Shown here: piece by piece, positions 43,138-64,000 of the stretch
Layout: every line of letters starts with the position of its first letter
Position numbering within the stretch: position 1 is the stretch's first letter
Origin: the human T2T-CHM13v2.0 reference genome, Homo sapiens
NCBI RefSeq assembly: GCF_009914755.1
Contig: NC_060935.1
Direction: 5' to 3' (one strand)
Length of the DNA: 64,000 bases
Program-made: the position numbers and the translations under genes
Notes under the pieces: model-generated
What the model was told of the DNA's origin: nothing
The model's input: only the letters and a program-made list of their open reading frames with translations
Database searches by the model: none

Positions 43138-46100
43138 CGGGGGACCTCCCTTGGGAGATCAATCCCCTGTCCTCCTGCTCTTTGCTCCATAAGAAACATC
43201 CACCTACGACCTCAGGTCCTCAGACCGACCAGCCCAAGAAACATCTCACCAATTTCAAATCCGGTAAGCGGCGTCTTTTTACCCTCTTCTCCAACCTCCC
43301 TCACTATCCCTCCACCTCTTTCTCCTTTCAATCTTGGCCCCACACTTCAATCTCTCCCTTCTCTTAATTTCAATTCCTTTCATTTTCTGGTAGAGACAAA
43401 AGAGACATGTTTTATCCGTGAACCCAAAACTCTGGCGCCGGTCACGGACTGGGAAGGCAGCCTTCCCTTGGTGTTTAATCATTGCAGGGACACCTCTCTG
43501 ATTATACACTCACCTTTCAAAGGTGTCAGACCACGCAGGGATGCCTGCCTTGGTCCTTCACCCTTAGCGGCAAGTCCTGCTTTCCTGGGGCAGGGGCAAG
43601 TACCCCTCAACCCTTTCTCCTTCACCCTTAGTGGCAAGTCCCACTTTCCTAGGGGGCAAGAAACCCCCAATCCTTATTTCCGCACCCCAACCTCTTATCT
43701 CTGTGCCTCAATCCCTTATTTCCGCACCCTGACCTCTTATCTCTGTGCTTCAATCCCTTATTTCCATGCCCCAACCCCTTCTCTGCTTTTCTGGAGGGTA
43801 AGAACCCCCTACCCCTTCTCTGTGTCTCTACTCTTTTTTCTGGGCTTGCCTCCTTCACTATGGGTAAGCTTCCACCTTCCATTCCTCCTTCTTCTCCCTT
43901 AGCCTGTGTTCTCAAAAACTTAAAACCTCTTCAACTCACACCTGACCTAAAACCTAAATGCCTTATTTTCTTCTACAATGCTGCTTGACCCCAATACAAA
44001 CTCAACAGTGGTTCCAAATAGCCGGAAAACGGCACTTTCAATTTTTCCATCCTACAAGATCTAAATAATTCTTGTCATAAAATGGGCAAATGGTCTGAGG
44101 TGCCTGACTTCCAGGCATTCTTTTACACATCAGTCCCTTCCTAGTCTCTGTGCCCAGTGCAACTCGTCCCAAATCTTCCTTCTTTCCCTCCCGCCTGTCC
44201 CCTCAGTCCCAACCCCAAGTGTCGCTGAGTCTTTCTAATCTTCCTTTTCTACAGACCCATCTGACCTCTCCCCTCCTCGCCAGGCCGAGCTAGGTTCCAA
44301 TACTTCCTCAGCCTCTACTCCTCCACCCTATAATCCTTCTATCACCTCCCCTCCTCAAACCTGGTCTGGCTTACAGTTTCATTCTGTGACTAGCCCTCCC
44401 CCACCTGCCCAGCAATTTATTCTTAAAATGGTGGCTGGAGCTAAAGGCATAGTCAAGGTTAATGCTCCTTTTACTTTATCCCAAATCAGATAGCGTTTAG
44501 GCTCTTTTTCATCAAATATAAAAACCCAGCCCAGTTCATGGCTCGTTCTGCAGCAACCCTGAGACGCTTTACAGCCCTAGACCCTAAAAGGTCAAAAGGC
44601 CATCTTATCCTCAATATACATTTTATTACCCAATCTGCTCCCGACATTAAATAAAACTCCAAAAATTAAATTCTGGCCCTCAAACCCCACAACAGCATTT
44701 AATTAACCTCGCCTTCAAGGGTACAATAATAGAAAAAAGTTGCAATTCCTTGCCTCCACTGTGAGACAAACCCCAGCCACATCTCCAGCACACAAGAACT
44801 TCCAAACGCCTGAACCGCAGTGGCCAGGCATTCCTCCAGAACCTCCTCCCACAGGAGCTTGCTACACGTGCCGGAAATCTGGCCACTGGGCCAAGGAATG
44901 CTCGCAGCCTGGGATTCCTCCTAAGCCATGTCCCATCTCTGTGGGACCCCACTGAAAATCGGAGTGTTCAACTCACCTGGCAGCCACTCCCAGAGCCCCT
45001 GGAACTCTGGCCCAAGGCTCTCTGACTGACTCCTTCCCAGATCTTCTTGGCTTGGCGGCTGAAGACTGACACTGCCCGATCGCCTCGGAAGCCCCCTAGA
45101 CCATCACCGACGCCAAGCTTCGGATAGCTCTCACAGTGGAAGGTAAGCCCATCCCCTTCTTAATCAATGCGGAGGCTACTCACTCCACATTACCTGCTTT
45201 TCAAGGGCCTGTTTCCCTTGCCTCCATAACTGTTGTGGGTATTGACGGCCAGGCTTCTAAACCTCTTAAAACTCCCCAACTCTGGTGCCAACTTAGACAA
45301 CACTCTTTTAAGCACTCCTTTTTAGTTATCCCCACCTGCCCAGTTCCCTTATTAGGCTGAGACACTTTAACTAAATTATCTGCTTCCCTGACTATCCTGG
45401 ACTACAGCTATATTTCATTGCCGCCCTTCTTCCCAATCCAAAGCCTCCTTTGCGTCCTCCTCTTGTATCCCCCCACCTTCACCCACAAGTATAAGATACC
45501 TCCACTCCCTCCTTGGCGACCGATCATGCACCCCTTACCATCTCATTAAAACCTAATCACCCTTACCCCACTCAATGCCAATATCCCATCCCGCAGCACG
45601 CTTTAAAAAGATTAAAGCCTGTTATTACTTGCCTGCTACAGCATGGCCTTTTAAAGCCTATAAACTCTCCTTACAATTCCCCCATTTTACCTGTCCTAAA
45701 ACCAGACAAGCCTTACAAGTTAGTTCAGGATCTGCGCCTTATCAACCAAATTGTTTTGCCTATCCACCCGGTGGTGCCAAAACCATATACTCTCCTATCC
45801 TCAATACCTGCCTCTATAACCCATTATTCTGTCCTAGATCTCAAACATGCTTTCTTTACTATTCCCTTGCACCCTTAATCCCAGCCTCTCTTCGCTTTCA
45901 CTTGGACTGACCCTGACACCCACCAAGCTCAGCAAATTACCTAGGCTGTACTGCTGCAGAGCTTCACAGACAGCCCCCATTACTTCAGTCAAGCCCAAAT
46001 TTCTTCCTCATCTGTTACCTATCTCGGCATAATTCTCATAAAAACACACGTGCTCTCCCTGCCAATCGTGTCCGACTGATCTCTCAAACCCAAGCACCTT

Positions 46101-47017
46101 CTACAAAACAACAACTCCTTTCCTTCCTAGGCATGGTTAGTGTGGTCAGAATTCTTACACAAGAGCCAGGACCACACCGTGTAGCCTTTCTGTCCAGACA
46201 ACTTGACCTTACTGTTTTAGCCTAGCCCTCATGTCTGTGTGCAGCGGCTGCCGCTGCTTTAATACTGTTAGAGGCCCTAAAAATCACAGACTATGCTCAA
46301 CTCACTCTCTACAGCTCTCATAATTTCCAAAATCTATTTTCTTCCTCACACCTGACACATATACTTTCTGCTCCCCGGCTCCTTCAGCTATACTCACTCT
46401 TTGTTGAGTCTCCCACAATTACCATTGTTCCTGGCCGGGACTTCAATCCGGCCTCCCACATTATTCCGGATACCACACCTGACCCTCATGACTGCATCTC
46501 TCTGATCCACCTGATATTCACCCCATTTCCCCATATTTCCTTCTTTCCTGTTCCTCACCCTGATCACGCTAGCCTCGTGCTATCCCCAAACTGCCATTCT
46601 TAACTCTTGAAGTAAATAAATAATCTTTGCTGGCAGGGCTATGCTGAATCTCCTTAGGCACTCTCTAATCAGATGTCCTGAGTCGTCCTAATTCTTAGAC
46701 CTTTTATACCTGTTTTCCTCCTTCTCTTATTCCATTTAGTTTTTCAATTCATACAAAACCATATCCAGGCCATCACCAATAATTCTACACAACAAATGTT
46801 TCTTCTAACAACCCCACAATATCACCTCTTACCACAAGACCTCCCTTCAGCTTAATCTCTCCCACTTTAGGTTCCCACGCCGCCCCTAATCCCGCTTGAA
46901 GCAGCCCTGAGAAACATCGCCCATTCTCTCTCCATACCACCCCCCAAAAACTTCCGCCGCTCCAACACTTCAACACTATTTTGTTTTATTTGTCTTATTA
47001 ATATAACAAGGCAGGAA

Positions 47018-47458
47018 TGTCAGGCCTCTGAGCCTAGGCCAGGCCATCGCATCCCCTGTGACTTGCACGTATACATCCAGATGGCCTGAAGTAACTGAAG
47101 ATCCACAAAAGAAGTAAAAACAGCCTTAACTGATGACATTCCACCATTGTGATTTGTTTCTGCCCCACCCTAACTGATCAATGTACTTTGTAATCTCCCC
47201 CACCCTTAAGAAGGTTCTTTGTAATTCTCCCCACTCTTGAGAATGTACTTTGTGAGATGCACCCCTGCCCACCAGAGAACAACCCCCTTTGACCGTAATT
47301 TTCCATTACCTTCCCAAATCCTATAAAATGGCCCCACCCCTATCTCCCTTCGCTGACTCTCTTTTCGGACTCAGCCCGCCTGCACCCAGGTGAAATAAAC
47401 AGCCATGTTGCTCACACAAAGCCTGTTTGGTGGTCTGTTCACATGGACGCGCATGAAA
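47018..47458 (+). promoter_or_regulatory. 3' LTR7Y-type LTR
   Basis: Preceded by purine-rich aacaaggcaggaa; 11 substitutions and 1 indel versus the 5' LTR by eye. Confidence 0.88.
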
Positions 47459-48521
47459 GAGTTTATTAAGGAGTACTGGCCCACACAATCACAAGGTGAA
47501 GTTCCTCAATAGGCTGTCTGCAAGCTGAGGAGCAAGGAAGCCATTCCAAGTCCCCAAACCTCAAAAGTAGGGAAGTTGACACTATAGCCTTCAGTCTGTG
47601 GCCAAAGGTCTGAGGGCCCCTGGCAAATCACTGGCGAATGATTCTAAATACACAGAATTTAAACATGCCACCCTTCTACCACTCTTTGCCTGAGCTTTGC
47701 AACGCAGGGTCATACCAATCCAGGAGTCCAAAAGCTGAGGAACTTGGAGTCTGATGTTCGAGGGCAGGAAGCCTCCAGCACAGGAGAAAGATGAAGGCCG
47801 GAAGACTCAGCGAGTCTGCTCATTTCACTTTCTTCTGCCTGGTTTATTCTAGCCATGCTGGCAGCTGATTAGATGCTCCCCACCCAGGTCGAGGGTGGGT
47901 GTATCTCTCCTAGTCCACTGACTCAAATGTTAATCTCCTTTGGTGTTAATCACCCTCACAGACACACCCAGGAACAAAACTTTGCATCCTTCAATCCAAT
48001 CAAGTTGACACTCAATATTAACCATCACAGATTATAAACGTCCTTTGGGAATTGGCCATGACTGTGTTCTATGACCTCTTCACTTGGGGATATAGGATAA
48101 AGGGAACAGCTTCTCTATAGGATATGCTGTTCTCATGGCAGAAGGAAAAGAGAGACAGAAGAACCATTTGATGCCTTTAAGAATTCTGCTTGGAAGTAAT
48201 GTATCACTTCCACTTACATTTTATTGAGTAAAGCAAGTCACATGGCCAAGCATGATGTCAATTGTGTGTAAAGTATCATTTTCTATAAGTGAGAAGGGCC
48301 AGCTAAGAGTTGGAAAAAAAAAAAAGTCTTAATCTACTTCCTTCTAGTCTTTTCATAAAAAGAATATTATTTTTCCTGTCGAATTAATATATGTCTACTA
48401 CAAAAAGTTCAGAAATACAGAAAATGTAAAGAGATAAAACAAAATTCAGCCCACCTCTTACCTTCATAGGCACTAATTGTTAATATTCACACCAGTTCCT
48501 TCCAGTCCTTGTTCTAATCAC

Positions 48522-48828
48522 TTTATTTTTTTAATTTTTTATTTTTTTGAGACGGAGTCTTACTCCTCACCCAGGCTGGAGTGCAATGGTGCAATCTCGG
48601 CTCACCGCAACCAATGCCTCCTTGGGTGCAAGGGATTCTCCTGCCTCAGCCTCCTGAGTAGCTGGGATTACAGGCACCCAACACCACGCCTGGCTAATTT
48701 TTTTAATTTTTAGTAGAGAGGGGGTTTCACCATGTTATCTAGGCTGGTCTTGAACTCCTGACCTCAGGTGATCCGCCCACCTCAGCCTCCCAAAGTGCTG
48801 AGATTACAGGTGTGAGCCACTGCACCCA
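48522..48828 (-). mobile_element. AluS
   Basis: Antisense dimer with T tail. Confidence 0.88.
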
Positions 48829-48932
48829 GTGTTTTTTTTTTTTTTTTTAACAGAATAAGATCATACTGTAAGTTTTTGTTGCCTAACACTGAATCTTAAG
48901 TACTTTCCTATATTCTTAAGAACGGCTTTATA

Positions 48933-53726
<4,794 letters not shown>

Positions 53727-54378
53727 ATGAATGGCTTTATAATACTTTATTCTAGGGCTCTACACCTTAAATTATTTGATTCCCCTAGTTTAGTCTACAT
53801 TTTGTTATTATAGATGGTGTATCCTTGTGCATAAAATTGTGTTCAGATTTTAGAGTATCCTATTTGTTTGAAGAGACACCTGGAAGTTTAACTTCATTTT
53901 TCGGAGGAAAATTCAGTAGTCAAGAAAGAATGTTGCTGAAATATAATACTCGTGATCAAAAGGTGGACTATTACCAAAAGAGAATTGGAAAGAAACTACT
54001 ACAGAATTTAAATATGCCAGCCTTCTACCACTCTTTGCCTGAGCTTTGCAAGGCAGGGTAACACCAATACCAGCCATCGATACGAATGTTTCCCTTCATT
54101 CCTAACCTTTTATGATAATTGAGTTCTAAAGTTTTTATTAAACAAATATGCCCTCAGGTCCTAGAGTTAATTGTAATTCCTAGTAACTGATAATATAGGA
54201 TGGAAAAGACTGAAGAATATCTGGTGGTTTGGTGCCAGACCAAACTGTATGGACTTTGGTTTCACTGTGTGGAGTGTGGGGAAACAAAATCTAGATCTAA
54301 ATAAATTTTAAGTTTTGCCCGAGGCATCAAGGTCTTAGCTTATTTGGAACATTAAGGACAAGATAAAACCTCTCAAGA

Positions 54379-55340
<962 letters not shown>

Positions 55341-57199
55341 AATAAGCATATAAACATCACAGGACAAACAATGATCATTGCAGTCCACTCCTCACTCCTA
55401 TCATGTGGAACTAAGTGGTTATGTGCTAAGTTGGGAGGGGCATGACATTGGTGGGAGGGAACCTAAGACATGATTGTAATTCGTGATTTACAAAATCTTT
55501 GTGAATACCTCTTGGGACCTGTTCTGAGATGTTGCGATGGTGCTAAGGATGCCATGTAACCAATAAAAATCTCCCCAGACTTTGCCAAAGGGCTGAAGGT
55601 TTCTAACTTAAATTACATTGTCCTCCAGACCCTAAAGCTCACAGCTTTAGTTATTGGGGCGGGGTGGTGTGAGGAATGGGTCCTGGACCTCAAAACAGAG
55701 TGGCCTGCCTGAAGGTGCAGAGCTAGTCAAATGGGTCAATTGCCTCTCTTCCTCTTCTACTCACCTATGTATCCTCCCATTCCAAGTGGCTATGTTAGAG
55801 ATTCCAGCCCATATAACTCTCCAGGTTCCTTAGACAACTGTCGCTCGAAACTAGTCCATGGAACATCATTGCCATAAGATCTAGGCCAGTTTCCCTAAAC
55901 CAGCATAAAGCACATTTCCTTGATCTGGCACCACCTATGTTTCCAGTAAATCAGAATGTAAATGCATAGCTGTGAGAAGGGGCTACTGTGAACTCCAGAA
56001 TTATAAGAAGGACTAGATTAACACATGTAACAGAAGCTACTAAGAGATAATGTGCTGGTCTGGTCATTGGGCACAGATGTCCTCACAAATGGGTCAGGCA
56101 GTGCTTTGTCTTCACTTTGGTGTTCTGGCACCAAACCACCAAGTAGAAAACTCCAGTGAGCCAGGGGGTCTCTTCCCCTAAGATATGGAGGTTTCCTTCG
56201 CCTGCTGTGTCTTTTCCCCAGTGCCCCAAAATATTAACCTTCAATCCCTTCAGTGGGACTTCATGACCCCAGGTGCCCAGGCCCTAAAAGCGAACGTGCA
56301 TTTGTTGGCTTATTTAGGCCACCAAATTCCACTCCTAGATAAAGTGACCCTACAAATAACCTGAAATCTGAATCAACCAGATCTATATCCTCCTGTGGGG
56401 TTGGAGTAAAATGGAACAGTGTGGGTAGGGCTCCCATTTTTAGACTCCAATGCTTAGAAAACAGGCTGCTGCAGAATCATGAGAGCCCTGTCTACAGGCT
56501 GTCAAGTGGTTCCCATTGAAACCACTCTTGCTCTGTTGACATCTATAGTTTCTGGGTGCTCAGCCACCATTTTTCTTCTTCTAGTAAAAACACCCCAATT
56601 TTCCCTTTGGAAACCACCACTCCTCCCTCTCTGTCCAACAGTTTGGATGAAACTGACCCCATGTCTCTTCCCAGCACAAATTAGTATATGCCATGCCTGG
56701 CTGCAGTAATTGTTTCAGAGCTGGGACCAGGCCCCAAATCACTAACTGAGACACAGTTGAGGGTTATTTGATGGATATACTGAAAGGTGCAAGATCTCTC
56801 TCTCTCTCTGAGGCTGATAGAGCTGGCCAGTTTCTGTTCTTGCAATGAAATAAACTCCCACCATGAAAACACACCCCTCAGTGCCCGCTTGTCTTGTCCG
56901 CTAGTCGGTGAGTGCCTCAGAGTAGTGAGACTATCAAGTTAACCTACAGCTGCTTTTGTACAAGTTCAGCATCCAGGTATTTCACATGTTAATTTAATTA
57001 ATGAACTTGGAGGCCTTCCCAAAGACCTCACCTTTCATTATGAACACAAACATGAAGCAAAGCCTTCTTCCTTTTGGCAAGAAGTTGCAGAAGAGGAAAT
57101 GGTGTCCTATGGGCCACATTCTTGCCATCCTTGATGCACTTCAACCTCACTTCACTCTATTTTATGGATGAGGAAACTGAAAAATAATGGACAACATTA

Positions 57200-57865
<666 letters not shown>

Positions 57866-58187
57866 ACTCCATTTCCAGGAACCAAAATCTGTATGAGTTT
57901 CTTATGGCAGCTGGGGTTGTCGGGAGAATTAAGTGGGTTAATACAAGCCCTTAGGATGGTGCTTAGAACAGTAATTGTTTTATGTTTTTGTTAATATTAT
58001 TATTATAGGCATTGGAATGTTTTCAGGAAATAAAAATTTGCAAGCGTCCTTCAAGAGGAGCCCAAGGGTGTTCTGGGGTGAACTATGAATTCCCTGAATT
58101 TATATGTGAATTCTGATATATTTTATGTATTTTTAAGGTATACTCAAATATAGTAATATGCGTATATGTGTGCTTGTAGGGAAGGGT

Positions 58188-58604
58188 GTGTATTAGTTTG
58201 CAAGTAACAAGATATCATAGACTAGGCAGCTTAAATAATGGAAATTTATTGTCCCACAGCTCTGGAGGCTGGAAGTTTGAGATCAATGTATTGGCAGGGC
58301 TGGGTTCTTCTGAGTGCTGGGAAGGAAAGATTCATTCTAGGCCTCTTTCCATGGCTTGTAGATGGCCGTGTTTTCTCTGTGTCTTTTCACATCATCGTTT
58401 CTCTAAATGTGTCTGTCTCTGTGCCCAAATTTCCTCCTTTTATAAGGACACAAATCATATTGGAATACAGCCTACTTTAATGTCCTCATTTTAACTTAAT
58501 TACCTCGGTAAAGACCCTGTCTCCCCATAATGTCACATTTTGAGGTACTGGGGGTTAGGACTCCAATATGTCTTTTTTCAGGGGACCCAATTCAACTCCC
58601 AACA
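58188..58604. mobile_element. MLT1A/B-like LTR
   Basis: tgtattagttt...tctggaggctggaag...gaggtactgggggttaggact...caattcaac. Confidence 0.8.
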
Positions 58605-59370
58605 TTGTGTGTGTTTTCACAGTTTTCTTCATATCTCAAAAGTACCCAATACACATGCATAGGAACACTCGCCCACAGGATTGAAAACCCTCTTAAACGA
58701 TGAAAGCTCAGAGTGTGGGCAGCAGGTAGTGAATGGTTTTGGGGTGGAGCTTCCAGGCCTTTAAGGTTCTCATCTCAATAAACAAATGCCAGCTTTGCTT
58801 AAGCAGCCTTCAGCCATGCTTGGAAGGAGGCAGATTATTTGAAAGCAGCACCACAGTGGGAGAAGCACAAGCTGTCGAATTATCCCAATCTGCCTTGGCA
58901 TCTAGGCTCTGTTGCCTCAGGTAACTCACTCAACCTTTCTGAGACTATTTCTTGGTATGAAAAATACCCCCTACCTTGAGGCTATGGATTTAAAATGCCA
59001 AACGTGGTATCTGGATCCTAGCAGGCATACAAAGAGCCAGCCTCATCATAAGTAAGGTATGATTGATGAGCACATACTCTGCTCTGCCTCTGGGAGCCCC
59101 ACTAAACAGCAGCACAGAGTAATGGAGTAGTGCTGGTGACTCATGCTCTGCCCTTAATCTCAGACACATACTGCTGGCCTCGCATAAGTGACCTTGGCAG
59201 GCCTGGGTGATAGAAAGTGGCTTTCGAGAAAAATGGCTTATTGGTCTTCTGGTCAGTCAATTAGGGTGGCAGGGGATCTCGTCAGTTGCATGGATATTAC
59301 CTCAGTTTGACAAATGGCTGCTTGCTTCCACCTGGGGCAGGCTCAGGTTGATGTTGTGTGAAGGCCTGGC

Positions 59371-60175
<805 letters not shown>

Positions 60176-60885
60176 CAGGGAAGTAACGTTTTTGATAATT
60201 CTTCATTTCAAGAAACATGCACCTTCCCATCCCCCACAACACACGCACATACATGGACATTTGAATGATTTAAAACGGATCTGTAGGCCTCAGGTCTACG
60301 AATAGTTGAGATCCAAGTTCTTAGGATTGCATGATATTTCACAATTTACCCAGCTCTCTGAATTCCATTATTTTATTTCATCTTCACCTCAGCTTTGAGA
60401 GTTAGGCATAGCAAGATTTATTATCTCCATTTTACAACCGTAGAAATGAAATCTCAGAGAAGCTAGTAATTTATCCAAGGTCACCTGATAACCTAATTTA
60501 GGGCTATTTCCATTCAGAGCCAGGGAAAAAGATTGTAAATTGGAGCTCAGTTCAATTGGAACAAATTCATTCATTCATATTAGCAATTCTAGGAAAGTGG
60601 TGATTGAAAGTAGTTGAAAATCAGGAGAGAAAGTGTACCTTTTTCAGGGATCTTCCCACCTCCTAGTACCTCTCTTCTGACCCCTCTGAAGTTCAGGCAC
60701 ATCATATTCTTTTCTGGCAGCCCAAATCTCTCTCCTGTTTGAACACTCCACCAAAATGGTACAAAACTGTCTTTACTTCTCTCTTCACTAAGGTTTTGTT
60801 TATGGATACTGCAAATGTCAGCTAGCTGTAATGAGGAAAGCAATGTGATAAAGTTTATACCAGGATGAAAACACGTAATTAGTTA

Positions 60886-61267
<382 letters not shown>

Positions 61268-61413
61268 TTATGATACTATATGAATTTTGAATTGGTGATA
61301 GTGGCATAGTACAAATCTTTGTGTTCAGGAGGTTCTTTGGGCATAAGGCACTCTTCATTGCTGTGGTGCCTAGCTGCTATGCCTGACATAAAGTCTTCCT
61401 TAAAATAAGCTTA

Positions 61414-61758
<345 letters not shown>

Positions 61759-62193
61759 TTAATCTCCTATTATGTCTCAGCCTGTCTCCTGGGCACATAA
61801 CGTGCATAACCTCATTCAAGCCTCATAATAATACTGCCAGGAAAGGGTGATTGTTCTCATTTTAGATAATAATATGAATGCTACCATTTTATTTAGCATT
61901 TACTATATGTAAAATAAGATATGAAATTTGTAAGATTAAATCAATTGACCAATGTCACATAGCTAGTAATAAGAATTCAAATCCTGAGCTCTATGATTTT
62001 GAAATTGGTGCTTTTTTTTTTTTTTTTTTTTAACAGCTCCCTCTGATGCCTGAAGTTCTACCACTAAAATATTCTTCTCTGGGCAGAGGCACTGCTGTGG
62101 ATTTCATCTATTTATCCTCCCAGTCCACTTTTAATCAAAAGTCATTGGTAGGGAGAAAATATTTAAAGTATATTGACTGATGCATTTTACATA

Positions 62194-63365
<1,172 letters not shown>

Positions 63366-64000
63366 TACTTTTACGATATTTATAATCATGTACAGCAAAA
63401 TGTTCATTACATATTGAAGTATTTACTAAATATGGTTAAGTAAAAAATGCAGGTATGAAACATATGAATTCTAGTATTATCCCAGTTTATAAGGAAAAAA
63501 ATGCATAAATAAACATAATGCGGAAGGATGTTTACTAAAACATTCAGTGGTTTTAACCTTAAAATAGGATTAAAGTTTGGAAGTGAATATCTTGTTTATT
63601 GCTATTATTATTATTTAGTCTGTCCATCATCCCTCCTGCACTTATTCTGAGAACTAATTTGCTACCCCATTCTTTATTTGGAAAACTGCCTCCTTTTCTC
63701 CAGGTGTGATTTTGATGAAGCTTCCATTCACAGCATGCTGCCTGCCCACCACGTTTGAGAGGCAGACATGTGGCCAACTTTGGTCTTATCAAAGTACTGA
63801 GCGATTGGCCTAAGGAGTGGGGAAGAAAGTAAAGGTGATCATAGCAGCTGCTTTTGATGTCCCAGCCCATATTGCTTTGGCCCATCTGCAAGTCCACCTG
63901 CAGTCGTATTGGACAATTTGTGGCATGCTGACAGCTCCCCACTTCAAGCCATCACGTCTCTCTGTTTCTCTACTGACGCCTTTTTCCAGTGCTGTAGCAA

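Larger units (their letters stand above)
42678..47458 (+). mobile_element. HERV-H provirus (deleted form) with LTR7Y-type LTRs
   Basis: Two ~440-bp LTRs; His primer-binding site; gag CCHC knuckle CYTCRKSGHWAKEC; degenerate protease; RT motifs YKLVQDLR and LDLKHAFF; 5-bp TSD gagtt. Confidence 0.96.
42613..48029 (-). mobile_element. MLT2 (ERVL) LTR split by HERV-H
   Basis: tgtattagtcagggttc...ttaaccatcaca termini; 5-bp TSD gatta at 42608-42612 and 48030-48034. Confidence 0.88.
42516..48330. mobile_element. Old MLT1 LTR (42516-42612 plus ~48035-48330) hosting MLT2 and HERV-H
   Basis: gtaacaaacaatcccccaatcttagtggtttaaaacaataaag upstream half; atgctgttctcatggcagaagg...agcaagtcacatggccaag downstream half. 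Confidence 0.6.

Noticed and set aside
43665-43780. ~41-bp tandem repeats in the HERV-H leader
   Set aside because: Typical HERV-H pre-gag repeat.
44740-46032. Functional gag/pro/pol
   Set aside because: Multiple stops, protease DTG motif reads NAE, RT core and integrase deleted.

Overview
Primate genomic DNA, almost certainly human because it holds an SVA with human-specific subfamily features. The window is intergenic or intronic and roughly two-thirds interspersed repeats. No intact protein-coding gene or RNA gene is supported; nearly all listed ORFs are Alu, SVA, LTR or low-complexity artefacts. Main elements: about 25 Alus, many MIR/L2/MLT/L1M relics, a MER11 solo LTR inside an L1PA, a full-length SVA (22212-24439) next to a 49-bp minisatellite, and a full-length THE1 element whose two LTRs disagree. 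It also has a HERV-H provirus with LTR7Y-type LTRs (42678-47458) nested in an MLT2 LTR nested in an MLT1 LTR. An HMGB1 processed pseudogene is fused directly to a 5'-truncated L1PA inside one shared target-site duplication (TSD; 48933-53726). The most unusual signals are (1) this mRNA-L1 chimeric retrocopy, lying in sense just downstream of HERV-H with an open HMG box B plus acidic-tail frame, and (2) several local templated insertions. One is a two-step relay (54.0k copied to 47.65k, then copied inverted to 41.1k) that leaves ~380-bp inverted repeats bracketing the provirus. Subfamily names are from recalled consensus features, and mismatch counts are by eye, not computed.
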